NCBI GenBank assembly: GCA_963749655.1
Contig: CAVVOB010000027.1
Span: 1 to 64,000 of the forward strand
Source: Nitrospirota bacterium
GTDB lineage: Bacteria; Nitrospirota; UBA9217
Direction of reading: 5' to 3'
Length of the DNA stretch: 64,000 nt
Below are positions 22,834 through 33,399 of this stretch, piece by piece. The position numbers and the translations under genes were made by a program. The stretch's first letter is position 1; every line of letters starts with the position of its first letter. The notes below the pieces were generated by a model, which worked only from the letters and a program-made list of their open reading frames with translations, did not search any database and was not told the origin of the DNA.

Positions 22834-24042
22834 CATGATATAGATGCCCGACTTTCCCTCGCGGGTCGAGCTGAAGACGATCTGCCGGCCCGACGGCGAC
22901 CAGGACGGGTTTTCGTCGCTGCCCGGCCCGTCGGTGAGAACGCGGAAGTCGGAGCCGTCGGGGTTCACCGTTGCGATCTTGAAGAGGCCCCGGACCTGGC
23001 TTGCAAAAACGATGCGGTCGCCCCGCGGCGACCAGTTCGGAGACGCGTTGTAGCTGCCTTCGAAGGTGACCCGCCGGACATCGGCGCCGTCGGCGCTCAT
23101 GATGTAGAGCTGCGGCGTGCCCGCCCTGCCCGAGGTAAAAACGATCTCCCTGCCGTTCGGCGCACAGGAAGGCGACACATTGTCGGCGAGGCCGTATGTC
23201 AGACGCTCCAGGTCGTTGCCGCCCCTGTTCATCGTGTAGATCTCCGCGCTTCCGTCCTTGCTGAGCGCCAGCGCGATGCGTTTGCCGTCGGGCGACCAGG
23301 CGGGCGAAATATTGAGGCCCTCGGCGCTCGACATCTTCCAGCGCTTGCCGGTCTCCATGTCCAGCGCGTAGAGATCGGGGTTCCTGTCGCGGTACGACAC
23401 GTACAGGAGCATCTTGCCGTCGGGGCTCCAGGCCGGAGAAAGGCAGATGGACCGGTCCGCCGTGATCTTGAGGGGGTTCTTGCCGTCATAGTCCATGACG
23501 TACAATTCCTTGGAACGCGTCTTGTCCGAGACATAGGCCAGACGGGTCCTCGCAATGCCCTTCTCGCCGGTGTACCGGGAAACGATCTCGTCGGCGAAGG
23601 TATGGATCATGCGGCGGAAAGTCTCCTCGTTGCCGAAGTATTCCTTGCTCGCGAGGCGCAAAGCCGTGGGCGCGTCGTAGAGCCGTCCGGACAGCACGAG
23701 GTCCTTGCCCTTGTTCTGAATCCTGAGCCAGACGGCGCCGGACAGGCCGAAGGTTCCGCCGCGCTTGAGGACGTCCTCCGACGGCTCCATATTTCCCGAA
23801 ACCGCAAGGTCGAGCTTCTTCGGATCCACGACATCGAAGATCTGCGAACGCCGCAGGTCGGCCTGCAGCACATCGAGCGCCGTGGCGCCCAGTGTCGGTG
23901 AAAACGTTTCGTTGTGGACGTCCAGCACGGCGATGGGGATCTTCTTGGTCTCGCCGCGGACCACGCCGAGATAGTACTGGGCCGCCGCCGGAACGGCGAT
24001 GAGCATGCAAAGCGTTATGAAAAGTACGGTGCGTTTTATCAT
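22816..24042 (-). CDS. tolB: Tol-Pal beta-propeller protein, C-terminally truncated at the junction
   Basis: Signal peptide, TRLAYVS and repeated [10 protein letters not shown]40 repeats; downstream of tolQRA. Confidence 0.9.
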
Positions 24043-24142
24043 AGATGAATGTAAAGCGTGAACCAGCGGGGATGTCTCCCGTGCGGCAAAGGCAGTCCCA
24101 CTCCTCATATCCTAATCCCTACAAGCCGGAACCTAATGCCCC

Positions 24143-24252
24143 TGGAACCGCGAAGACGCGAAGGTCGCAAGGGAAATCCTGCAGATCATGTCTCAACGCA
24201 AATGTTCCTTTGTTGTTGACGTCCTTCGCGCTCCTCGCGCCTTCCCGGTAAA
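24143..24252. repeat. Palindromic intergenic repeat (cgcgaag type), copy 1
   Basis: gaaccgcgaagacgcgaagg...ccttcgcgctcctcgcgccttcccggtaaa. Confidence 0.8.
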
Positions 24253-24290
24253 GATTCCGTCATTGTGAGGAGAAGTCGAGTCCTTGGTTT

Positions 24291-25025
24291 TTAATCTACC
24301 GGCGTCAGATCAACGGTAAATTCTGCGGTCGGGCGGTACGACTCCTCCGGCATGGGAGGAAAGGGGCTCGACTGTTGTATCGCGCGTATCGCGGCCTGAT
24401 CAAAGTAGAAATTGCCGCTCTGCTCCACCAGTGCCGGATGGTCAAGGATGACCCCTGAACGGTTGATCGTAAACTTGACCTTGGCCTTCAATCCCGCCGC
24501 GCCGGGCGGCGGATTCCAGTTGCGCGCGATTTTATTTCGAACAGCCCCCAGGTAGGTCGCAAGGGCGGGGTCCGATGAGCCTGCGCTGACGGCCACTCCC
24601 TCGCTCGTGCCCTGCGCTTTTCCCGGCGTACCGGTTTCCTTCGCAGCAGGAGTCGGGGCGGGCTCAGTCTGTTCCTGCATCCCGGGGGCCGGCTTCGCCT
24701 GTTTGGGAGCAAGCTCGGGAATGGCGCCCTTGTGCGCAGCGGGCTTCGCCGGCCTGGACTCCGCTTTTTTTACTTTCGGCAGGGGCAATTTCGCCCCCGG
24801 TTTTTCGGACTGCGCGGGCGCCTCGGCGGCCGGCTGGGCCAGGTCCTGGGGCAGTCCCACGAGCTTGACGCTGTAGGACGGCGGAACATTCACCCGGGTC
24901 GTGGTCGCCATGCGGATGATAAGCGCAAGGGCGATCACGGCCAGGTGCAGAAAAAGAGAAAAAAAGACGGAAATCGCGAGCTCATACCGCGACTGCCCGA
25001 TCTTCCTTCCCGAAGCCAACCTCAT
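24291..25025 (-). CDS. tolA: TolA/TonB-family energy transducer
   Basis: TM helix with His, Pro/Ala/Lys-rich linker, TonB_C-like domain (NWNPP...SGNFYFDQAAIRAI). Confidence 0.8.
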   Translation of the reverse strand: MRLASGRKIGQSRYELAISVFFSLFLHLAVIALALIIRMATTTRVNVPPSYSVKLVGLPQDLAQPAAEAPAQSEKPGAKLPLPKVKKAESRPAKPAAHKGAIPELAPKQAKPAPGMQEQTEPAPTPAAKETGTPGKAQGTSEGVAVSAGSSDPALATYLGAVRNKIARNWNPPPGAAGLKAKVKFTINRSGVILDHPALVEQSGNFYFDQAAIRAIQQSSPFPPMPEESYRPTAEFTVDLTPVD

Positions 25026-25441
25026 TTGCCGCGCTCACCGGACGACGCGGCTTCGGTCACCATGCCGAGCCGGTCGATGCCTGCGCGCTTCACGATGTCC
25101 ATGACCTGCACGACGGCGCCGTAGGGAGCGTCGCGGTCCGCCCGGAGATAGACATTGATGAGCGGCTTGGACTTGCGGATGGAATCAAGAACATCTTTCA
25201 GGCGGGCCACGTCGACGCGCTCTTTTTCTATGAACACTTCCTGGTTGTGCGTCACCGTGAGCACGATGCGGTCCTCGGGCTTGATGGTATTTGCCTCGGA
25301 CTTGGGCAGGTTGACGTCGAGCCCGCGGCTCATCATGGGCGAGACGATCATGTAGAAGAACAGGATCGTCAGCAGCACATCGATGAGCGGCACCAGGTTC
25401 AGCTCACGGATGACATGCCGTTCCCGCCGTTCGAAGCTCAT
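25022..25441 (-). CDS. tolR: TolR/ExbD-family protein
   Basis: NLVPLIDVLL and RADRDAPYG. Confidence 0.88.
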   Translation of the reverse strand: MSFERRERHVIRELNLVPLIDVLLTILFFYMIVSPMMSRGLDVNLPKSEANTIKPEDRIVLTVTHNQEVFIEKERVDVARLKDVLDSIRKSKPLINVYLRADRDAPYGAVVQVMDIVKRAGIDRLGMVTEAASSGERGK

Positions 25442-26154
25442 GACTTCCTCCGAAGCAGATGCCGTTCGAGATAGCTCAGGAACTCCATGGAAAAGGAGTC
25501 GCACCGGATGGCGATGTCCCGGATCTTGTCGGCGAAATAGTTGTAGGCGATCACGGCGGGGATCGCCACGAACAGGCCGGAGATGGTGTTGATGAGCGCC
25601 GCCGCGAGGCCCGGCGCCAGGGCGCCGATGTCCCCCGCGCCCTTGAGCCCGATCCCGTAGAAAGCCTCCATGATGCCCCAGACCGTTCCGAACAGCCCGA
25701 GGAGCGGACCCACGGTGCCCGTCGTGCCGAGAAAGGCGAGGTAGCGCTCCATGTACACGACCTCGTCCTGCGTCGTGATCTTGAGCGACCGTTCGATCTC
25801 CTGGGAGATGAGCGGCCGCTCCTCATCGGTGACCTTTCCCTCGGGAAGGGTCTTGATGATGCTCTCGGCGCCGCGGTAGCCGTCGACGAAGAGCGTCGCC
25901 AGGGGGCTGAACTTCCTGGATTCGGCGTACTTCAGCAGTTCCTCGACGTTCTTGGTCTTTCGGAAGGCCTGCAGGAAGGAGTGCGATTCCTTCTCTGCCC
26001 TCCTCAGGAACTGGTACTTGAGAAGGATCATGGCCCAGGACACGATGGAAAACCCCATGAGGATGAACACGATCACCCGGGCGACCCATCCTGTTTCTGC
26101 AAACAGGCCAAGCACTCCCGTGTTCAGCCCGGGCACTGCACTGATAGCGAGCAT
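25438..26154 (-). CDS. tolQ: TolQ/ExbB-family proton channel
   Basis: PLLGLFGTVWGIM and GLFVAIPAVIAYN. Confidence 0.9.
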   Translation of the reverse strand: MLAISAVPGLNTGVLGLFAETGWVARVIVFILMGFSIVSWAMILLKYQFLRRAEKESHSFLQAFRKTKNVEELLKYAESRKFSPLATLFVDGYRGAESIIKTLPEGKVTDEERPLISQEIERSLKITTQDEVVYMERYLAFLGTTGTVGPLLGLFGTVWGIMEAFYGIGLKGAGDIGALAPGLAAALINTISGLFVAIPAVIAYNYFADKIRDIAIRCDSFSMEFLSYLERHLLRRKS

Positions 26155-26378
26155 TTATGATACCTCCGATGATAGTTTTTCCAGGACAGGGGAAAACAAC
26201 AGAAGCATGCCGGACGCAGATGAACGTTGAGAATACGGATACGCTTCAAACAACATTCAAGAAGGTTTCAATCTGTGCCGATCTTTAATCTGCGTCCAGA
26301 AGTATTTCCGGTCTGTTCCCGCGTGGTGAATTGCTCAGCCGTTGCGCCTAAATCCGGACACGACGGAACCACTAACTT

Positions 26379-26486
26379 TGGAACCGCGAAGGCGCGAAGG
26401 TCGCGAAGGGAATCTTGGAATCAAGTCTTAAAGCAAGGCTCCCTTGTATTTGACGTCCTTCGCGCTCCTCGCGCCTTCGCGGTAAA
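26379..26486. repeat. Palindromic intergenic repeat (cgcgaag type), copy 2
   Basis: Arms near-identical to those at 24143-24252. Confidence 0.8.
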
Positions 26487-26524
26487 TTTTCTTCCGTTTT
26501 GAGTCGAATTCTATTCCGTGGCTG

Positions 26525-28457
26525 CTAAAGCGTCGCCATGACCTTTCCCATCTCACTCACGTCGTATCCGCCCATGGCAACGATCTGGTCCCGGAATTCC
26601 CGGTCCTCGCGGATGATGCTGAAGAGCGCCTGCATCATGGGAGTCTCGAAGAACTCTTGCGGCACGGCAAGATCGTACCGCTCCTGCGCAACGGGAACAA
26701 AATCGAGCTCCAGCGCCTGGGCCGCCGAGAGCACGGCGAGGCCCGTGTCCGCGGCTCCCGACACGACCGCTGCGGCCACTGCCATGTGGGTGAATTCTTC
26801 GTGATCATACCCTTTTACGGTTTTCGGGTCAATCTTCAATTTCTTGAGATAGAGGTCCGTCAATAAACGCGTTCCCGCGCCTGCCTGGCGGTTCACGAAC
26901 ACCACATCCGGCCTCGCCAGGTCTTCGAATCCCTTGATGCCTTTGGGATTGCCCTTGGGAACGATGAAGCCCTGAGTCCGGTACACGAGGTTCACGAGGA
27001 CGGTCCTGCGGGCGGCGAGATGTTTTCTGATATAGCTTACGTTGTACTCGCCCGTCTCCTCGTCGAGCAGATGGGTGCCGGCCATGTGCGCTTCCCCGCG
27101 CTTCAGCGCCAGAAGGCCCCCCATGCTGCCCACGTGGGCCGAGGACATGGAGTATTCGGGGATGTTTTTTCTTGAGATAGTTTGCGAGCACGTCCAGGGC
27201 GTTGTCGTGGGAGCCGATGCAGACGATGGTGTTCTCGATTTCGCGGCCGGACCGCAGCAGTTCCACGGTCACTTCCTGGCCCGCGGCGATGCCCTCGCTC
27301 TGCGCCGGGACGCGGATGATGCCGTCGGCCCGCACGAGCGACATGAGCGCCCCGGCGCCGCGCGTGACCGGCGTGGCGATGAGATTGCCCGACACACTGC
27401 CGAGCTTCACGCGGATGAACTCCTCCGAACCGAGGCCCGAGGCGACCTGGCGGCTGAGCCGCGCCGGGATCGTTTCGGGGCCGGCGGACCTGATCCCCAA
27501 AAGCGAAAAGACAAGGGGCTTGACGAAGAGGTTGAACGTGAGGGCCGCCGACACGGGGTATCCGGGGATGCCGATCACGGGCTTGCCCTCCACGATCGCG
27601 AGGATCACGGGCTTGCCGGGCTTGATTGCGACACCGTGCACGATGACCTGTCCGATCCCGGCGATCACGTCGGACGTGAAGTCCTCCCTGCCTGCCGAGG
27701 AGCCTGCGTTGATCACCACGCAGTCCGAGTCCACGAGCGCCTCGAGGATTGTCCTTCGCAGCAAAGCTGCGTCGTCCTTGACGATGGACTTGCGGACGCC
27801 GTGGGCGCCGTATTCCACAGCCATGGCGCAGAGCATGGTGGAGTTGAAATCGATGATGTCGCCCTTCCGGAGGACGCTGCCCGGCTCGATCAGCTCCGTT
27901 CCCGTGGGGATGACGGACACCACGGGCCTCTGCCGGACCTTGACCTCGGAATGACCGCTGGCGATCATGGCGGCCATGTCCACGGGACGGATGACGTGGT
28001 TCTCGGAGATGATGAGCTCCGTGGCCACGATGTCCTCGCCCACAAGCCGTACGTGCTGCCACGGCGTCGCCGGCTTCAGGATCTCGATCTCGGACTCCGA
28101 GATTTTTTCCACGTCCTCGATCATGATCACGGCGTCGAAGCCGTCGGGCATGGGATCGCCGGTGTCGACTGCTACCGCCTGTGAGGGAGATGCAAGGCGC
28201 TTCGGCCGTGTCTCTGCCGCGCCGAAGGTCTCGATGAACCTGACGGCATAGCCGTCCATGGCCGCTGAGTGATAGAAGGGGGACGAGATCTTCGCGATCA
28301 CCGCCTCTGACGTGACCCGTCCGAGGGCGTCGCCGACGGGAATGCGCTCTCCCCCAAGGGGCCCGCCGATGCCTGCTGCTTTCAGGGCGTCGCTGTATTT
28401 CGCGATTGCATCGGCAAGAGGAAGGTTGTCGAGATATTTTTTCTGTTTGAATGCCAT
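26525..28457 (-). CDS. moeA: MoeA fused to a C-terminal periplasmic-binding (PBP/LysR-type) domain; one frameshift
   Basis: AAMDGYAV, GSSAGREDF, IKPGKP, PGYPVS; PBP part GSMGGL, NRQAGAGTR; one extra base in the G-run at 27158-27161 breaks the frame. Confidence 0.88.
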
Positions 28458-28744
28458 CGTGTCCCTCTCCTACGTTCGTCACTCCCGAAAAATCGGGAAT
28501 CCAGGGTAATGTTAAAGTACTTTACGAACCAACATCTTGAATTTTGAGTCAAGTTTTGCAACCACAGGTCCGGCTTCGCCGGACACACAGATGAACACAG
28601 GTGAAAAGCTTTAAACAAGTTTAAGAAACTTGCTTCTATCCGTGTTCATCTGTGGTTACAAATTTCATTGGTCTGAGGCTTGCCTCGTTAATTTCGCATT
28701 TTTTTCTGCATCTCTTTCCCTGACGGGGCAAAGCCGGGGAAGCG

Positions 28745-29131
28745 CTATGCTTTGAGACTGATAAGTTTATTTACTTCCGCGATTACCTGTTCAATCTCCG
28801 GACGAACGGCACTGATAACAGACGTTCCCGCGTGCTTATGCTCCGGGTGAGTTTTTACTTCGGGATGATGAGGTGTATTATCGTAGCGGAAGATAATGCT
28901 TGTATCGGACTGTTGGTAATGATAGCGATAGCTCAACCAGGTTAATGTTCCTGCATTGATATGCAGGGCCTCGCTTATTTCAAGCAAGGAATTATCGAAA
29001 AATCGAAGACGAATACGCAAATTCCCCCGCTCGTTGGACAACACCTGCTCTTCGTACCGTTCTACTTCCAACCTGGATGAGCCCGAAATGAGTCTCTGTA
29101 CTCTTTCGAAATGATCCAGGATCTTGTTCAT
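28745..29131 (-). CDS. DUF6516 / TumE-like toxin
   Basis: YRYHYQ...FRYDNTPHHP...HPEHKH motif. Confidence 0.7.
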   Translation of the reverse strand: MNKILDHFERVQRLISGSSRLEVERYEEQVLSNERGNLRIRLRFFDNSLLEISEALHINAGTLTWLSYRYHYQQSDTSIIFRYDNTPHHPEVKTHPEHKHAGTSVISAVRPEIEQVIAEVNKLISLKA

Positions 29132-29358
29132 GCAACAACCTTCAGCTTCTGCTCCAATTCCTGTTTAAGCGCCATATAGTGCTGGTAATCTCCGGCCCAT
29201 TCAACATTATCGCTGGAATCCTCCAGTGCCCCCGCCAGATACTGTTTGTAGAACTCGGCAGAGGTCGTATTATATTTCCGTTCAAAAGCCGCCAATGACC
29301 GGAGGAGCGAATCCAGCGCATCTACGATTGATCCGTGTGTGACTCTCGTTACACCCAT
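29128..29358 (-). CDS. TumA-like antitoxin
   Basis: FERKYNTTSAEFY...LEDSSDNVEWAG; 4-bp overlap with the toxin gene. Confidence 0.65.
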   Translation of the reverse strand: MGVTRVTHGSIVDALDSLLRSLAAFERKYNTTSAEFYKQYLAGALEDSSDNVEWAGDYQHYMALKQELEQKLKVVA

Positions 29359-29493
29359 TTCCCCCTCCTTATATGATATGCAATATCACAATGCCGCTAA
29401 TATGACGGTACTATAAACCAGATAGAAAATCAATAATTATACAATGTCCTGGCCGCACAATCCGCAAATTGAGCGGTTCTCTTCGCAGGAGCC

Positions 29494-30774
29494 CTAGAAC
29501 AAGCGCACTTCCACTTCCTCCCCCGACTCGATCCCGATCTTGTTCACCGGCACCACCACCGTTCCCACGGCTTTTACGAGCGTGCTGATGAGACCCGATG
29601 CGCCGAACACGGGCCGCGCCCACAAGCCGTCGTCCCTCTTTTCGAGCATCACGCGGACGTGGTCCTCCCTGCCCGGACTCGACGCGATGCTGCGCGCGAG
29701 CTTCGCCTTCACGGAACGATAGGGCGGCGTGCCTTCGAGCGCGGGGTCCGGCCTCTCCCCGGTCAAGCGCAGGAGCGCGGGCTTGACGAAGATCTCGAAG
29801 CAGATATTGACGGCAACGGGATGGCCGGGGAGGCCGAAGACCGGCACCTGTCCGCGTCCGGCGCCGACAATGCCGATGATCAGGGGCTTGCCCGGCCTGA
29901 TCGAAACGCCGTGCACCATGACCCCCGGCGCGCCGGCGTCGTTGATCACCTTTGCCGTCAAGTCCGCCGTGCCCACGGAGCTGCCGCCGGTCATGAGGAC
30001 GAGCGAACAGTCCGCGACCGAGGAATCGAGCGCCTCGCGGAGGCGGTCGTACTCGTCGCGGATGATGCCTTTCTTGACGGGCATGCCGCCGGACTGCGCG
30101 ATCAGACCTTCCAGATTATAGGAATTGGTATCGCGGATCCTGCCCGGACCGGGGTTGCTGTCGGCGGGTACGATCTCGTTCCCTGTTGAAATAATGGCGA
30201 CCCTTGGCCGCTCGAAAACCGGGATGCGGGTGATCCCCATACCTGCCAGGGCGGCCATGTCCTGGGGCCGCATGCGGTGGCCGCGGGAAAGAACGGGCTC
30301 CCCTATGCGGATATCGTCGCCGCGTTGGATCACATTTTCAAGAGGCGCGACGGCCTTCACCGCCTCGATGGTCGCTGCATCGACTGCCTGGGTCTGCTCG
30401 AACATCACCACCGCGTCGGCGCCGGAGGGAAGCGCTCCGCCCGTGGCGATCTTCATGACTTCGCCTTTGCCTATGCCGCGACCGGGCATGGCCCCCATGG
30501 GGATATCTCCCACGACTGCGAGGAGCGCGGGCCGGGACTCGGCTGCGCCGAAAGTGTCGGCGCTCCGCACGGCATAGCCGTCCATGGTGGAGCGGTCGAA
30601 ATCGGGCAGATCAACGGGTGAGATTATGTCGGAGGCGAGAATACGGCCGAGGGAGGAGCTGATGGAAAGCTCCTCGGAAGGAATGGCGGGCACGGTGAAG
30701 TGCTCGTCAAGGACCTTGAGCGCTTCCTCTCGGGACACGACGCCGCGCCTGCCGAGCATGTCTTTGAGGGCCAT
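29494..30774 (-). CDS. moeA: Molybdopterin molybdotransferase
   Basis: RSTMDGYAV, TGGSSVG, RPGKP, LPGHP. Confidence 0.93.
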   Translation of the reverse strand: MALKDMLGRRGVVSREEALKVLDEHFTVPAIPSEELSISSSLGRILASDIISPVDLPDFDRSTMDGYAVRSADTFGAAESRPALLAVVGDIPMGAMPGRGIGKGEVMKIATGGALPSGADAVVMFEQTQAVDAATIEAVKAVAPLENVIQRGDDIRIGEPVLSRGHRMRPQDMAALAGMGITRIPVFERPRVAIISTGNEIVPADSNPGPGRIRDTNSYNLEGLIAQSGGMPVKKGIIRDEYDRLREALDSSVADCSLVLMTGGSSVGTADLTAKVINDAGAPGVMVHGVSIRPGKPLIIGIVGAGRGQVPVFGLPGHPVAVNICFEIFVKPALLRLTGERPDPALEGTPPYRSVKAKLARSIASSPGREDHVRVMLEKRDDGLWARPVFGASGLISTLVKAVGTVVVPVNKIGIESGEEVEVRLF

Positions 30775-30792
30775 GAACTCTCCCGAAAAAAA

Positions 30793-30866
30793 TTTACCGC
30801 GAAGGCGCAAAGGAAATCAGACTTCTTAAGTAAAATCTATTCGCGTTCCTTGCGCCCTGGCGGTTC
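30793..30866. repeat. Palindromic intergenic repeat (cgcgaag type), copy 3, inverted
   Basis: tttaccgcgaaggcgc...cttgcgccctggcggttc. Confidence 0.65.
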
Positions 30867-30908
30867 GATTTTGAGATCAAGATCCGGAAACGCCAGCTGC
30901 GGCCCGTA

Positions 30909-31841
30909 TTACTTCCCTTCCGTCTTTGGTTTCATCTTCCGGACGTAGGATGCGGCGCGCATGCCCGCGACCGCGCCTTCGCCTGCAGCTGACACGATCT
31001 GCATCCCGCCGCAGGTGCAGTCGCCGGCGGCGAACACGCCCTCGAGGTTCATGCGCTGGTGCTTGTCCACGATGAGGCAGCCGCGGTCGTCGGTGAGCCC
31101 TCCCGCTTTCAGGATGAGCTGCGATATCGGCGTCGAGCCCATGGCGATGAACACGCCCTCGAGCGGAATCACCTGCTCGTCTCCGTTCCTGCTGATCTTG
31201 AGCCCCGTGACGAGCTCGTCGCCCACGACCGCGTGGATCTTCGCGACCGGATGGATCTCCACGTTCGGCTTGGACCTGAGCCGGTTCATGACCGCTGTCA
31301 CGATGTCGAGCTCCTTGTGCGGGACCACGGTCACCTTCTCGGCGAGTTCGGCCAGGTGCAGCGCCTCTTCCGCTGCTTCGTCGTCCGCGCCGACGACGGC
31401 CACCTTTCTTCCTTTGAAAAAATTGCCGTCGCAGGTTGCGCAGTACGAAACGCCCTTGCCGAGGAACTCCTTGGCGCCGGGCACTTCGAGCTTCTTCCGG
31501 GCCACGCCGATGGCGATGATCACCGCGGTCCCCTCGTACATTTCGTCGCGGGTGCGCACGCGCTTGACGGCGCCGTTCAGCTCCATGTCCACTACTTCCA
31601 CGGGATAGACGATGGTGGCGCCGAACTTTTCAGCCTGCTTTGCCATGATCTGCGTGAGGTCCATTCCGTTGATGGTCTCGTAGCCGGGGTAGTTCTCGAT
31701 ATGGGCTATCTTCGCGGTGTAGCCGCCGACGAAATCCTTTTCGAGCAACACGCATTTCTGGCCCGCCCTGCCTAGATAGATCGCCGCAGTCAGGCCCGCC
31801 GGACCCGATCCGATGATTATTGTGTCGAAAACTTGCGCCAT
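30909..31841 (-). CDS. trxB: Thioredoxin reductase-like flavoprotein with a degenerate NADPH-binding site
   Basis: GSGPAG FAD motif, CATCD redox motif, FAAGD. Confidence 0.85.
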   Translation of the reverse strand: MAQVFDTIIIGSGPAGLTAAIYLGRAGQKCVLLEKDFVGGYTAKIAHIENYPGYETINGMDLTQIMAKQAEKFGATIVYPVEVVDMELNGAVKRVRTRDEMYEGTAVIIAIGVARKKLEVPGAKEFLGKGVSYCATCDGNFFKGRKVAVVGADDEAAEEALHLAELAEKVTVVPHKELDIVTAVMNRLRSKPNVEIHPVAKIHAVVGDELVTGLKISRNGDEQVIPLEGVFIAMGSTPISQLILKAGGLTDDRGCLIVDKHQRMNLEGVFAAGDCTCGGMQIVSAAGEGAVAGMRAASYVRKMKPKTEGK

Positions 31842-32380
31842 GGGTATTCCCTCCTCGATGATTGTGCTCCGCTCCGGAACATGCATGCTTTGGTTTTAGA
31901 ATCGGCTTATCCGACGGTCCTTGCAGAAAGGGCAGGATGTCCAGAAACGGAACAATGAGTTCATTTTATCGAAGAGACCGGAACAAGTCAATAAAGGAAA
32001 CCGGAGACCTGAGGGTCAAGGGTCAAGTAACATGGAGCAAGAAACGCCTTAGGGTCGAGGGTCCGGTTGCAAGGGGGCCGGGATACCAGCACTTCCAGCT
32101 TCCGGTCCCCGGTTCCCCGAACCCTGCCCCCGCTGTATGAAATTTCCTGCAACTGCACATATTCAGCTTTTTCAGTGGCATGAACCGGATCGTGTCTGCG
32201 ATTTCTGAGATGAATGAAGGAGAAACCATTCAGGTGATGCTCGAACACTGCGAGAGCTTTCATGAACTTGTCCCATCAAATCAACATCTTAATCTGTGCT
32301 TCTATTTTGGCATCTCAATTGTAATAAATAGTAAGTAGGGAACTGACTCGGAACACCATCATGAGAGGGGACGGTAACTT

Positions 32381-33259
32381 ATGCCGGGCATGCGTCTGCT
32401 TGTTCTGTCGGTGATCGCGATCGTGATCCTTGTTTTGGTTCCGGCCTGCAGCATGGAACACCTGCTGAGACGGGACAGCATGGTGCACTCGGGCAAAAGC
32501 GCCTGCGTCACCTGCCACCGTACAACGACTCCCTCTTCCTCGGACAGCGGCAGTTCTTTTGCTGGCGGCATCGATCCTTCCGCAGCATGCCTCGATTGCC
32601 ATCACTACAATGTGAACCACCATCCGGTGAATGTCGCGCCCGACGGCGAGTATGCGCGCAAAGCGACAGGAGCGCTTCCTCTCTACGACGGCCAGGTGCG
32701 GTGCCTGACCTGTCATCAGGCGCACACTGATGCCGGCTGCGGAAACCTCAAAGGGACGCCGGCTCTGCTCCGGGGAGGCCCCTATGCGGACAAGCGGACA
32801 TTGTGCTTCATGTGTCATTATGCAGAAAAATATGCGGAGATAAACCCGCACAAGATGCTCGATGAGAACGGCAACATCCGGACCGTAAACGGATCCGTCG
32901 TATGCCTGCTGTGCCACACCGAAAAGCCCGATCCCTCGGGCGATCCCGGGAATGTTGAATTCAAGGCCGATGTGGCGTTCCTGTGCCAGCGGTGTCATAC
33001 TCCCATGAAAGGCACCTTCCTCGACAGTCACCTCCATATAACGCCGTCGCGGTCGGTCAGATCGCTGATGAAAAAGAACGAAAAGGCCTCGGACATTGCC
33101 ATGCCCCTGGCCCTGGACGGGATGATCACCTGTTCAACGTGCCACAATCCTCACCAGTCCGGCGTCATCCTGCGCAAAGCTGCGAGCGCAGGGGCGGACG
33201 CACCCGGCAGGCTTCGCATTGCCAAAGAGGAAATGTGCACCGCATGCCACTTGATGTAA
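32381..33259 (+). CDS. Octaheme c-type cytochrome lipoprotein
   Basis: Eight CxxCH motifs (CVTCH, CLDCH, CLTCH, CFMCH, CLLCH, CQRCH, CSTCH, CTACH); LVPAC lipobox-like signal. Confidence 0.88.
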   Translation: MPGMRLLVLSVIAIVILVLVPACSMEHLLRRDSMVHSGKSACVTCHRTTTPSSSDSGSSFAGGIDPSAACLDCHHYNVNHHPVNVAPDGEYARKATGALPLYDGQVRCLTCHQAHTDAGCGNLKGTPALLRGGPYADKRTLCFMCHYAEKYAEINPHKMLDENGNIRTVNGSVVCLLCHTEKPDPSGDPGNVEFKADVAFLCQRCHTPMKGTFLDSHLHITPSRSVRSLMKKNEKASDIAMPLALDGMITCSTCHNPHQSGVILRKAASAGADAPGRLRIAKEEMCTACHLM

Positions 33260-33399
33260 AATGATTTCTCAGGGCACGGAGCCCCTGTATCCGCAGCGAC
33301 AATACTCCGCGCAGAGGAGCGAACCTGAACGGGAGAATGCATGGGTTTTACAGGCATTCACGCATCCTGAATCTGCGTAAACAGGAGATGATCAATCAT

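Noticed and set aside
22378-24108. Novel 576-aa TolB-glutaminase fusion protein
   Set aside because: Both parts are truncated, their cellular compartments are incompatible and composition shifts at the join; a junction artefact explains it better.
31900-32310. Moco/tungsten riboswitch upstream of trxB-moeA
   Set aside because: The region is explained by heptamer repeats; no aptamer consensus seen.
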